DNA from: Podarcis erhardii
Taxonomy: Eukaryota
Length of the DNA stretch: 64,000 nucleotides
Strand: one strand, 5' to 3'
Assembly: GCA_964252035.1 (NCBI GenBank)
Contig: OZ176206.1
The notes under the pieces: generated by a model
The model's input: only the letters and a program-made list of their open reading frames with translations
What the model was told of the DNA's origin: nothing
Databases searched by the model: none
Shown: positions 47,901 through 58,223 of the stretch, piece after piece
Layout of the letters: every line of letters begins with the position of its first letter
How positions within the stretch are numbered: the stretch's first letter is position 1
Made by a program: the position numbers and the translations under genes

Positions 47901-50900
47901 ATGTTCCTATACTTTCCAATTCCAAAGAATCTTACTCAACTCTCAACTGAATAACTTTCCAATTTACTCTGCTTCTTGTCTGAGTAAAATTAGTAAGCTT
48001 CATCATACTAAAATCCCAGACATTTTCACAGCCATTGAAAGCTCGTTGTAACCTCCTATTTCTTGTTATACGTGAAATACATATTCCGGCAGCCATTAAA
48101 AGATAAATAACCATTTCCTGATCTTCCTTAGAGAGTATTATTTCTGTATGATCAAAAAGAACGACTAACGGATGTAGTGGGAGTTTATGGTCTGTCTTGT
48201 CTTCTGTATCATTGTTCCTAAAATTCCTTTATTTTAAGGCAAGATCCATCCACTGGTGTGGATGTCAAGCAGCAGAATATCAGTGACTATTAAGACAGGG
48301 GGAAAATGGGATTGCGTGGAAGGTAGCGTGCCAAAAGTGCACACAGAAAAATTGAATATGCAGGACTTGTTTGCGGCTTAAGAGCTGCTGTCCGGAAGCA
48401 TCCTCAGTCTCTGTGGAGAGAAACATCATCTGCACAATCACTTGTAAAACTTCTTAAGGTTTGTGCTCATATTCATTTGAGTTGCAGAGTTCCATATGCA
48501 TTTCCAGCTGTCTAAAGCAATATTTATCTGTAGATCTCGCTCCCATTTACCTTGCTAGGGATAAGGGCAAATATCTGATTCTGGCAATACTTAATATAAT
48601 GTACTCTTTAGTATCTGGAGAACTTACGCCTTTCTCAAAATATACACATTCCTTTAGGGGCCTGTGTTTCCAGATTAATGGCTGGACCAGGTGGCAAGTA
48701 CCTGGAAGCACTGGAACCATCACAGAAGGTGCGCCTGTGAAAATATCCCCAAGGCTTCTGAGCAAGACAACATGTCTCCTTGGCACAGTATATTTTCTTA
48801 CTTTCACTGGATTATCTTGCTCCCGAAAATATCCTCATTTTTTACTTCAATATTATAGTAAGAGGTGGCAATCCTGGAGACAGTTTATTATTATTATTTT
48901 ATTATTAACCAAAGAATCCTTCAGTTCCTTGTGCCACCTCAATCAAAGCAACCTACACTCTCTCTGTTGCAAAGGCGTGACACAATGGACCCATAGCTCA
49001 TTATTATCCAGCATAGATACCCAAGAAGTGCTCACAAGGGCTCAGCATTAAAATGGAAGGGAGGTCTCACAGGGTGCCCCAGGGCTCTGTCCTAGGCCCT
49101 CTGCTGTTTTATAAAAGACTTGGAGGAGAACATAGAGAGTGCTTATCAAAACTGCAGATAATGCAAAACTGAGGGGTAGCTAACACTACAGAAGACAAAA
49201 TCGAGGGCTAAAACTGCCTTGACAGGCTGGAAAGCTGGGCTGAAACCAAGAATGTAAATTCAATAGAAATGAATGTAAAATCCTCCATTTAAGTACCTAA
49301 GGGCCAAAGGTACAAGGATAGGATGCAGAGACACCTAGCCTGGCATCCAGATGACACCTTTCCACTCATTACTGAAACCTACCAGCTCTTAGCTGATTGC
49401 ATCAGCACTGCAATTAATTTCACACACCAACCCCTGAAATCCCTTTTCCCTGTAAAACACATACAAGACTGTTGTCATGGTGTAATTCACAAGGCCACTG
49501 ACAGATGGCACTAGCCCTGCAAACTACAGCATGATGACAATTAGGAGGAGAGGAAGGTGGAAACTGGAGGACAGGAGGTTAAAGCTGAAGCAAAGGAGGG
49601 GGGGAAGGGACTGAAGGAGGAGATGAGGCAGAGGAGAAAGGGTGCACAGCTGAGGAAGAGCCTCATGAGAAAGGGAGGAGGACTTTTGTGGGGTGGGGGG
49701 GGGGTGGACCAAAGGTGATAGCCCTGTCTGCCAATTTTATTTCAATTGCTTACAAAGAGCTCCGTTTGGCCATTCCTTCTGGGAACAGGCCAAACAGATG
49801 CGCCAAACTGCCCTTGACCTCTCCACCCATCAGCTGATGCATAGGGAGATCAAGTTAGCTTGACCTGGGTTCATGAGAGAGCTCCCTGCTCCATTTGCTG
49901 GGCTTTGGAGTCTTGAAGTTTGGACTTCAAAGTACCTCACAAGCAGCAATGTGGTACTAAAAGGAAGGCAAAAACCTTCTTTTTAGCAGCATGCAGCTGC
50001 CTGAGAGGCGATTTAATGCCCAGGCTTAGAAGCATGATGCCATTTGTGACATCACTTGACTGGCAGGTGGATGGACTTGCCCACCTGTCAATTTTGGACC
50101 ACAAGGCAGATCCTGGTAAGGATATGGCTTGCAGAGCCAAAATGGTTCCCCACCCTGGGCTAAAGGGGGTATTGCAAGTAGAGGAAACAGGGGCACAGTC
50201 CCTAGTTTTTAGGTTTTTTTAATCCCAGGATAACACCAGACTATACTCTATCCTTCCTCCAGCAAAATGTCAAGAAACTCAGGTGTGATATAACACTAGC
50301 ATAAGAAAACAGTGTTTTCCATAAATTTTTGAACTGTGATCAGAGTGATTTGTACAGGATTTTTTTCTGATGCCCTACATAATATTCTCATTTATCATGT
50401 TTATTTTACATTTGATTAGTAAACAAGATTAAAAACTTTGAAACTGCCAAGGTTGCCCGATATTGTACTTACAGTTGGCATCCACTCATTGCAACTAGCA
50501 CACTCATAAAATATAATAGTGTGCATGTGTAAAAGAAGGCATTAGAAAAAATTATGCCCAAGGTAACTGTTAAAAAAACCAACTGCCACAGATGCTTTTA
50601 GCAGACTAACTGAATATAGTCAAATAGGCAAAACTGAGGCAGGCTCTACTCAAATACTGGGTTGGGCCACAAAGTAGTGTTTGGAAAGGTGCTTTTCCCT
50701 AAAGAATACCAGGAAAATGCTATATTCTTCACTTGAACCCTTTAGTGCTGCTGAGGCACTCACTTTGTTCAATTAACTAAAAAAAAAATTGAAAATAGAG
50801 GTTCCACACAAAGCCTTAAAATAGCTTTGTATTATCTATTATTCTCAAGATCCTTCTATAACATTAACTCACAAGAAAATCCTGTTCATGAAAGGTTTTC

Positions 50901-52690
50901 AGAAGCTTTAATTAAAAGTTTACTCCTTATAGAATGATCCCATTTTATGTTACCTGGAATCAATTATGAACAGCCTATTAATTGCCCCTTGAATGGACTT
51001 GGTTAATTGCCGGCCTAGGGTCAGTTTCTGTTCCCATGGGGTGGGGGCTTGGATTACAGATTTCCTTGTGTAAGTGTGTCTCCATACACACCCACCCTCA
51101 TTTTTATATAGCCAAAAATGTATTCTGCTATTTTTTAAAATGATTTTTTAAAAAAAGAAAAATGATAAATGGAGCTTTCCCCTCCCCATGGGAACCACAA
51201 CCAATATTAAGGCAATTAAGAAAGGCTATTCAAGAGGATATTAAAAGCTACTCACCACTAATCTTGAACCAGTGCTAATCACAAAGCTATGAGTTAAATC
51301 TGCAAACAGGAACTGTTTAATTAAAAAGGCAAAGGAGCCATTAAAAGACTCAATAGCACTTTGCCTGTAGATGGGCTGGGACTTCAATTTTGTTTTGTTA
51401 CAAGAAGAAAAAGAGCCACAAGGTCTGAAAAGTATTGAGAGAAAATAAAAACCCCTAGGATACAAAGAACTAACAACAAGATCACAGTGATGATCAATCA
51501 AAAGGGAGAGAAGGAAGAATGGCAGTTCCAGAGAAAAGAGCAGGCACACTTGTCTGAGAGAAAGCAGCTGACATGGAGGAGGCTGTGGCTTTGGCACATG
51601 CTTTTCTGTGATGGCTGGAAGGGGATGGAAAGGAGGATCAGAACATGCACACCAGATCATGCTAAGAAATGGTACCTTCTTGTGGAGAGGGACATTCAGG
51701 TAAGAAATGGCAGGTGAAAGGAACTCAGGGGCCAACTATGCTGTTTCTGAGCAGCCATATGGGTGGGACCTCATTACTGGCAGCAAAGCTACTAGGATTC
51801 TGCCCTCCCCATTGCTTCTAAAACTTCTTAACTTAAAGCAGTAAGTTATTTTATTTTTGCATTGAACCAGGGCATTCCCAGCTCATTATGTGGTAGTCAC
51901 AGCCTCCAGGGGTGCCAGCAGAATTTCCTGGGCCCATTTCACTGTATGTGGATTGAGCCCTATAACACACTCAGAAAAACTGACACAGATCTGCACAGGT
52001 TTTGTTTCCCCACATAGAAATGAGGCAGGGTGGTTTTTAAAAAATACGACTTAGACTGCATTTCGTCTGAGAGAAGACCTCCACCCAGCTTTTGGATCTA
52101 ATGATATCCAAGGTAGCTTGCAGCAGATTACAATAATCCAAAATCGGCTCTCATTCTTCTGGCCAGTGTCACTCAACTCCTAGAGTAGCTGCCAGCTGGA
52201 AAATATACACCACTTGGGGTTATTTGCCCAGCTTGCACTGCTGTTTGGCCAAGAGCGCCTGATGAAACCATAATCTGCCATACAAAATCTACCCCATCAC
52301 CTGCCACCCTCCAGCTGTTTTGGACTACAACTCCCATCAGCTACAGCTAGCATGACTAGGTGATTTGGGTCTAATGGGAGTTGTAGTCCAAAGCAGCTGG
52401 AGGGCACTCTCACTACGTACAGCGCTACTGCCTGTGGGGTTTCAAAAGAACCTGAACCAGCTGGGGACACATTGTTTGTTTTCTAAAGAAAGGAGGGTGT
52501 GGGGAGAGGAAGCTGAGAGCATAGAAGAAATCAAGAGTCTCTTTTCATGACACACATGGCGAGAAGACCAGGCTGGGGGACAAATGGCAGCTGTGTTGTT
52601 GCTGTGCCAGCTCTGTCGAGAAACTCACCGCAGCTGGGAGTGGAGTTTAGTTGCCTTGGAGTTGAAATCTTCCCAGATGGGGTAGGAACT
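17436..52690 (-). CDS. MTSS2: MTSS I-BAR domain containing 2 (MTSS1L/ABBA), exons 2-15; complement join(52629..52690,44809..44882,34687..34771,34285..34376,33951..34025,32338..32346,26487..26644,25317..25424,24386..24483,23337..23547,21670..21744,19669..19845,18523..18688,17436..18199)
   Basis: 14 GT-AG exons total 2154 nt in frame (717 aa + stop). I-BAR region SSYPIWEDFNSKATKLHSQLR..., Ser-rich middle, C-terminal WH2 (AEDMLVAIRRGVRLRRTITNDRSAPRFL). Wording matches MTSS2 rather than MTSS1. Exon 1 (METAEKEC...) not seen. Confidence 0.96.
18523..18688 (-). CDS. MTSS2: MTSS2 exon 14
   Basis: caccag|CAT...G|gtatct; 166 nt; HGEEVSPAASDLAMVLTRG...DTIPSQ. Confidence 0.96.
19669..19845 (-). CDS. MTSS2: MTSS2 exon 13
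   Basis: ttgcag|GAT...AAG|gtatag; 177 nt; DWSKASLYEQ...TLQRRKDR...SIAAK. Confidence 0.95.
21670..21744 (-). CDS. MTSS2: MTSS2 exon 12 (alternative donor extends it to 21625)
   Basis: tggcag|AAG...TCG|gtcagt; 75 nt; KSSSSASSEASETCQSVSECNSPTS. Confidence 0.93.
23337..23547 (-). CDS. MTSS2: MTSS2 exon 11 (long form; short form 23337..23463)
   Basis: ctttag|C GGC...CAG|gtaagc; 211 nt; GASSAQGGPPWLTGSQTYSPTSICRYRSLAQP...SHDSGFISQD...DLTSQ. Confidence 0.9.
24386..24483 (-). CDS. MTSS2: MTSS2 exon 10
   Basis: ttgcag|GTG...AG|gtaggt; 98 nt; VIKDLKGSDYSWSYQTPPSSP...KSSMC. Confidence 0.96.
25317..25424 (-). CDS. MTSS2: MTSS2 exon 9
   Basis: ttgcag|AAT...CAG|gtggga; 108 nt; NGEITMLGEITHLQG...SASEQ. 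Confidence 0.96.
25484..25544 (+). mobile_element. CR1-type 3' tail
   Basis: gcattgcagggggctggactagatggcccttgtggtcccttccgattctatg. Confidence 0.65.
26487..26644 (-). CDS. MTSS2: MTSS2 exon 8
   Basis: tttcag|GT AAA...GTG|gtaggt; 158 nt; KGDLQPQLDNAL...YLQPVV. Confidence 0.96.
30339..30559. mobile_element. hAT MITE
   Basis: Perfect 8-bp TSD CCATAAGC (30331-30338, 30560-30567); imperfect TIRs CAGTGGTATCCAAACT / ACTTTGGACATGCCTG. Confidence 0.85.
30937..31072. mobile_element. Palindromic hAT MITE, intact
   Basis: TIRs CAGGCACAGGCAAACT / AGTTTGCCTATGCCTG (1 mismatch); perfect 8-bp TSD CAATACAT; internal hairpin. Confidence 0.9.
31308..31560. mobile_element. Tc1/mariner-pogo superfamily MITE
   Basis: TA flanks both sides; 22-bp TIRs CAGTGGTGCCTCGCAAGACGAA / TTCGTCTTGCGGGGCACCACTG (1 mismatch); CpG-rich. 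Confidence 0.92.
32338..32346 (-). CDS. MTSS2: MTSS2 9-nt microexon (exon 7), adds E-L-L
   Basis: Long CT-rich tract, then cctgtag|AGCTACTTG|gtaagtc; phase 1/1; gives KARK-ELL-GKGDLQ as in recalled human MTSS2. Confidence 0.88.
33951..34025 (-). CDS. MTSS2: MTSS2 exon 6
   Basis: ccttag|AA...G|gtaaga; 75 nt; YKRARHEIKKKSSDTLKLQKKARK. Confidence 0.96.
34285..34376 (-). CDS. MTSS2: MTSS2 exon 5
   Basis: ctgcag|C...G|gtaaaa; 92 nt; ALMESLINPLQDRIEDWKKTANQLDKDHAK. Confidence 0.96.
34687..34771 (-). CDS. MTSS2: MTSS2 exon 4
   Basis: cctcag|GA...AA|gtaagt; 85 nt; ATRDIGSALTRMCMRHRSIETKLRQFT. Confidence 0.96.
36330..36618 (+). mobile_element. RTE-clade LINE 3' end, 5'-truncated
   Basis: Encodes SSWRTASTKGVIDLKEART...RPHYGRTCGSRIGLHSHLRTHC-stop (decayed C2H2-like finger typical of RTE C-termini); short 3'UTR and GAA tail. 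Confidence 0.75.
39293..39363. repeat. Compound microsatellite (GGAGT)n(GA)n(GT)n
   Basis: Read directly from sequence. Confidence 0.9.
42163..42217 (-). mobile_element. CR1 3' tail fragment
   Basis: cataagaatgtataaagagcctgctgggtcaggccaatgacccatctgg. Confidence 0.55.
42240..42395 (-). mobile_element. 5S rRNA-derived SINE (SINE3-type) with LINE-like tail
   Basis: Minus strand gctaagcaaccctgggcctggtctgactcctggatgggaaaccacctgggaacc aligns to the 5S internal control region; too diverged and truncated to be a 5S gene. Confidence 0.65.
43283..43648 (-). mobile_element. Full-length Sauria SINE
   Basis: (ACCTTT)n tail on minus strand, tRNA-like head, typical body (gagccggcgtacagcttc...catgtggccagcatgact); 13-bp TSD TCAAAGCAGTTTA at 43270-43282 and 43649-43661. 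Confidence 0.9.
43687..43713. repeat. (AAC)9 microsatellite
   Basis: Read directly from sequence. Confidence 0.9.
44809..44882 (-). CDS. MTSS2: MTSS2 exon 3
   Basis: ttttag|G...G|gtacgt; 74 nt; TTVLAAVAFLDAFQKVADMATNTR. Confidence 0.96.
44898..44927. repeat. (AG)15 microsatellite upstream of the MTSS2 exon 3 acceptor
   Basis: Reads (CT)15 on the transcribed strand, ending ~13 nt before the AG. Confidence 0.9.
47790..48860 (-). mobile_element. L1-clade LINE ORF2 C-terminal remnant
   Basis: Minus frames give WERDLQINIALDSWKCIWNSATQMNMSTNLK and KLPLHPLVVLFDHTEIILSKEDQEMVIYLLMAA...VWDFSMMKLT, with stops and frameshifts. Confidence 0.7.
49050..49300 (+). mobile_element. CR1 RT core fragment
   Basis: Decayed GVPQGSVLGPLL...LIK.AD..KL...LDRLESWAE...KILHL motifs. 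Confidence 0.75.
52305..52410. mobile_element. Palindromic hAT-type MITE copy
   Basis: ccctccagctgttttggactacaactcccat...atgggagttgtagtccaaagcagctggaggg. Confidence 0.75.
52629..52690 (-). CDS. MTSS2: MTSS2 exon 2
   Basis: ttccag|AGT...CG|gtgagt; 62 nt; SSYPIWEDFNSKATKLHSQL. Confidence 0.96.
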
Positions 52691-54261
52691 CTGGAACAGA
52701 GAAGGGAGGGGGGAAAGAGTTGAGCAAACAGGTGACTGCTCTGCGTTCACTGCCTGAGCACCCCAGCCCCACAAACAGGACACAACAAACAGCCAATCTT
52801 GAATCCAGAGGGCTCCTGTGAAAAGACCAACCGTCATCTCCTTGTACATTTTCAGCATCATTCGTAAATGTGAGCAGCCATCTCTGGCTGAGGATTGTTG
52901 CCTCTCTTTGAGAAGAAAACTGTTAAAGGCGGCCATTTTTAAATGACTGATTGTTGAAGCTGAACTTAAAAGAGGCCTCAGCTGCTTAGCAAACCCTGGT
53001 GGGAACCTGGTTTACTTTAACCATAGTTACCATCTGGTGCTGATGTTTACATTGTTAAGGGGTGTTGTGCTTGGGAGGGGAAGTGGGCAACCCCTCCCCT
53101 GTCTCAGCCCAGCCCTAAAATCTTGGCAAGGGTGAAAATATCACCTCCACTGCATCTGCTGTCCCAGCAGTCTCTTGTCCCCTATGTTGGAGAGGCAGAG
53201 ATGCTGCCAGGCGGCTGCCAGGTCCAATGACCAACAGCAGAGACCCAGCTGTTTCTGCCGGGTCATGAATGAGGAAAAAATATTTCACTGTTGCAAGGAA
53301 GAAATGCAGCTGTCCACATTCTCCTGCCCCAGTTTGGAAACTGACAGGCCTGCGAGAGGCCTAAAGGCAACTCAACAACAAACTTAGCTCTTAACAAGGA
53401 CTGCCTATAATTTCTTCTTCTGCAAATCCTATCAAGGGAGACGGCAGGGAGAAAGGGAAAGATGCCAAAACGGACTCGCCTCTCTCCCCCCCCCCTTGCA
53501 CTTTGTGGCAACTTTGTGCTTATGCACTGCTGCACTGCCACATCAAAACCCGGGCTTAACATATAATTTTCTTTAAAGATTCTAGGCCAAACATGTGTCC
53601 TCAGATGTAGAAGCAGGACCAGCAGAAGTGCCAATCAGAAACAGTATGGAGAGCAGCACATTTCATGTCCATAGCTTTGCATACTGCTCATGGAGGGTGC
53701 TGTGCCTTCCCGGGTCTTTGGGGAGCAACAGCTTGGACTGAATTGCCCAAAGGCGGCTGGAGGTGCCATTTTCTGCCTTTCTTTGGAGAACTGGTTGTTT
53801 CCACAGAGAGTTTATGTCCACTATAGTTACCACAATACCACATGACCAAGTCTAAAGAATCCAAAAGGTACTTTATTACTGGTTAATGTTTGCTGAGACA
53901 GAAAAGGTGGCAACCCTAATAATTTACCCCAAATTTATTGACCCTTATTGTTATGAATCAACATAAATTGATCTTCTGCATGGGCTCTCTGTGTGGTACA
54001 AACTGTGTCTGTGAAATTGAGTGTGTTCTATGCAGGAAGAAAGAATAAATGAAATAACCAAACCTATGCTAATTGATTGAAAAAGCAGATGAGAGGAAAA
54101 AATGACCCCTCCTTTTTTTACTGTGAAGGATGGGTTTTTTTATTGTTCATGCTGAAGTTTGTCTTTAAAATAGAAATAACAGTACCAGAACTCCCTCTCC
54201 ACTCTTAGACCGATTTTGAAATCTTTATTTTTCCACAGCTAGTAGCACGAGTAGTATTAAC

Positions 54262-55720
54262 ACTATTAATAATCAGATTTGCTATTTGCTTGCTACCTGA
54301 AGGTCTCCAAGTAACTTACAACACTGTTAAAAGAACAAATAAATATACTGTAGCATGGAACTAAAACAAAAAGTAACCCCCTTAAGAGCCACAGGAAACT
54401 TGGGCAGCACACTAACGACAAAAGCGTCATCTTTCATCTGTCAAAAGGCTGGGGGGAAACACAGGCTTTCTCCTGGTATCAGTCAATGAAGGCATTAGGC
54501 GGGCCTTGCTGAGGAGCACATTCCATAGATGGGAGCCACAACTGAAAAGCCCTCTTCCCTTGTCAGAACCCTCAGAACCAGAATCTGCAGAAGGGCCTCA
54601 ACAAAGCTCTAAAGGCCCCGGTAGGTTCATATTGGAGATCCTGAGCTCTAAAGGTCAAAACCAGCACTTTGAATTGGGCTTGGAAGCATACAGGCAACCA
54701 GTGTTGTTGGAACAGAACTGGTGTTATATGATCTGTTTGCCTTGAAGCTGTCAACAGCTGGGCAGCCACACTCTGCACTAATTGAGGCTTCCAAAGTTTT
54801 TAAAAGGCAGCCCCATATAAATTGCTCTGCAGTAATCTAGCCTCGGCGTTACCAGAGAAAAGATTGTTGTAGCCAAGTTATCCTTGTGCAGGTAGGGTCA
54901 TAATTGAACTGACAGCAATGAGTCTTGGAGGAACGCCCAAACTATGAACCCGCTGTTTCAGAGGGAGTGTAATCCCCACCTAGAACAGGCCAAACGCCAC
55001 TCAGCAGGTCAGAGGAACCACCTACCAACATTTCAGTCTTGTCTGGATTAAGCTTTAGTTTTACTGGCTCTCATCCAGTCCATTATTGCAACCAAGCACT
55101 GATTCAGAACACTGCCTGCCTCATCTGCAGAAGATGAAAAGGAGGGCTAGAACTGTGTCATCAGCATACTGATAACAACACACTCCAGAAATCAGTATGA
55201 ACCCACTCAGCTGTTTCATCTAGATCAGGGTTCAGCAACCCGCGTCTCCGGAGCCGCATGTGGCTCTTTTACACCTTTGCCGCGGCTCCGGGGCAGATAC
55301 TAGCGAGGGGAGGAGGTGCATTGTGTGCCCCGACACTCCCCACTGTTTTAAATGTCGTAATGGTTTTGCGGCTCCCAGTTGTTTTTTCTTCGGTCCAAGT
55401 GGCTCTTTTTGTCTTAAAGGTTGCAGACCCCTGATCTAGATATTAAAGAGCATGGGAAACAGAACTGACTCTGTGATTCATGCAGGACCCCATACTAGAT
55501 AAAACACAAGAGTTGAGCAATGCTCCCCAAGAACTACCTTCTGGAGCCATCCATCCAAGGAGGAGTGGAACCTCCACAATGCAGTGCCCCCAATACCCAA
55601 CTCAGACAGTCGCCTCAGAAGGATACCATGGCTGATGATATTGAAAGTCACCAAGCGATCAATGAGGATCAACATAGTCACAATCCCCCTGCCTTGTTCC
55701 CAGCACAGGTCATGTAACTA
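54262..55720 (-). mobile_element. L2 LINE remnant
   Basis: RT motif FNIISHGILLRRLSELGIGGTALWRF...LQKVVLGEHCS (55478-55681) and C-terminal DHITPVLFQQHWLPVCFQAQFKVLVLTF (54572-54778); L2-like tail near 54262-54330. Confidence 0.85.
55226..55433. mobile_element. hAT (Charlie-like) MITE nested in L2
   Basis: TIRs CAGGGTTCAGCAACC / GGTTGCAGACCCCTG; perfect palindromic TSD ATCTAGAT. Confidence 0.92.
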
Positions 55721-57937
55721 AGGCAGTTTCGGTACTAAAACCAGGCTTCAGTCCAAATTGAAATGGATCCAGAAAACCTGTCTCTTCCAAGAGCACCTGA
55801 ATCTGTTTGGCAACCACCCTCTCAAGAACCTTGCCTAAAATGGGGACATTTGATACTTGTCAAAAATTATTCAGATCTTCCAGGTCTAGGGAAGGCTTAT
55901 TCAGGAATGGTCTTATGATGACTACTACTGATAATAATGGTCTTATTTAATGCTTGATCTCTCCTCTCCTCTTTCTAACATAGAAATAAACCAAATAAAG
56001 AATGATAATACAGTACCCTCTGCCCAACTTAAGCCATACTAAAATACGTTTCCTCCCTGAACTGCAAGGAATACCCACCTTTGAAGGGGTTGGCATGAAC
56101 CACCCCTGTTGGCACTAAACAGCAAGTAAATGGCTCTCTCAATTTGAGACGCTGTTCTTTTTCTGGAGCACCCTTTAATATACGCAAAGCAGGCAAGTGC
56201 CACATTCTCTGTCTCTAGGAACTCCAGGAAAGGCTCCAGGTTTCTCCCGGTCCTGCAGTTGTGGAAAACACGGTAGCCTCCTCCACCACTTTCTCAAAAC
56301 AGAGCTGGAGAGGGGAAGCCCACCCCTTTCAGATATGGCAGAACACCTCCCACTGCAGTGCTCTTACCCATGACAGGATTGCAAACAGCAACATCTCTAG
56401 CCAGGCAGTTCTTCAAGGAACCCAGGAGTCCTGCCGGTTCTGATCTAGGGGCTACTTTGAAGAAATTCAGCTCTCTCAGACACAGGCACCCAAAGTGGCA
56501 CCAAAGTGTTTTTTGTGAGGGAGAAGGAGGTCAAAGCACGTGCCCTGGCAACACCTTTCGTCTCACATCTATCATGCAAGCCCCTCTCCAAGCCACTGCT
56601 GGGAACACATCAATCTGACATCAAGTATCTGCATCACATCCAGCTGAGCCTCTTCCCCTTCTGCTGTAAACTGCCTGAACCCTTTGCACTAAAATCTGAC
56701 TTCCTTGCTAGTAATTATGAAAATCCTGAAAACTATTGCGGGAACTGGGCCACATGTCGAACTGGGCTGGGGGCATGCGGGAAGAGAAAACAGCTTTGGA
56801 ATGCCTCATTGGCAAAACATGTACTTCTTGAGATGGAAGGTAGGTGGACATCTTGAAAGCAAGTTTTCCAGACAGAAAGAAATGTTCGACCGGGGCATCA
56901 AAACTTCTGGGGGTACCACTGAAGGTGGCAGCACCAAGGGGTGGGGGACTGCAAGTGATGCTAGAGCTCCTCCCCCAGATTGCTGAGCGGGGCAAATGAA
57001 GATGCTAAATACAGAGTGAGACTATTCACTCGTCTAGTACAGTGCCAGCAGCTCTGACTGGTAGGATCTCTCCAGCATCTCTCCTTAGACAAGAATTCTT
57101 TCTGGCCCTACTTGTAGGGCTAGCAGGGGGGACGTAAAGGGGGCCTCCTGCATGCACAGCATGTGTTCTGCTCCTGAACTTATGAAGAGCCTGCTGGATG
57201 AGCTACACAAGTCAGGTACAGCAACATGCTTTGTGGAAACATTCCTGCCTCCAACTTGGGAGGGCTGTTTGCTGCCTCCTGCTCCTCTTATAGCCCAGGA
57301 AGAGCTCCCTTGCCTTGCTAGAGAGAGCTTGCCTGAACTCTTCCGCGGGTGCTGTGCTCTCCTGATCCCTGGCTGCCAGATGGGGCTGCCTGCTACCACT
57401 GCCATGGCTCTGGTTTTGATTTAACTGTACTCTGCTCTCCCACATCCAGCTGCCAATAGAAGCCAAGCCACACATAAACACAGAGACAAAAAAACAGCAA
57501 GAGCTGGAGTTCTCCATCTACTCCAGATCTCTATGCACAATCTTGCCCAGCAGCACCGGTCAGATTAAACATGAAGGAAGAGACTATGGAGACTTGCAGA
57601 ACCAAGAGGAGAGGGGATGTCCCAAGGAGCTGGACATCTGGACTGCAAGGACCAGTGTTCGAAACTCCCATTGTTCTAGGCGCATTTTGCGACAGGGAAT
57701 TTCATTAGCACAAGCAGTTTCTGAGCTCTGGGCACAGTGCTGCGCCTAAGATTTCAGATTAAAACTGCAGAGTCGAAGGAAAGGAGGACCTTTTTCTGCC
57801 TCCCCACTTCCAGCTACTCTCTGAAGACTGGAGAAGAGACCCTCTTAAGAATATTGGGGGGTGGGCAAGGGAAGGAATAGACCATGTGAAAAATGAACAC
57901 TTTTAGCTGCAGTTCATTCATTTTCAACTTTGAAATC

Positions 57938-58223
57938 TTTTTTTAAAAAATATTTTTATTGGTTTTTAACATACAGAATTATAAAGCATACCACACAATT
58001 TATCACAAATACATTCTTATTGGACTTCCATCAGCACCTCTGATAATCCTCCGTCTTAATCACTTCTTACGCATTTCCTAACTTAATATTGCCTTTACAT
58101 TCTTAATATATCATGTCTCCTCCTCCATTTTTGCAGTATTTCTAATATTATTCCTCACAGAACTTCTTGCAAACCTACAAACGTCGTCTGGTGATCACAA
58201 ATACTTTTCAAATAATCCGTAAA
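57938..58223 (-). mobile_element. 5'-truncated L1-clade LINE with TSD
   Basis: ORF end EFTDYLKSICDHQTTFVGLQEVL-stop, 3'UTR, AATAAA and A-tail on minus strand; TSD TTCAACTTTGAA(A/T)TC at 57923-57937 and 58224-58238. Confidence 0.8.

Noticed and set aside
48461-49051. 196-aa plus-strand ORF
   Set aside because: Largely antisense to the L1 remnant, with no recognisable domain or splice context
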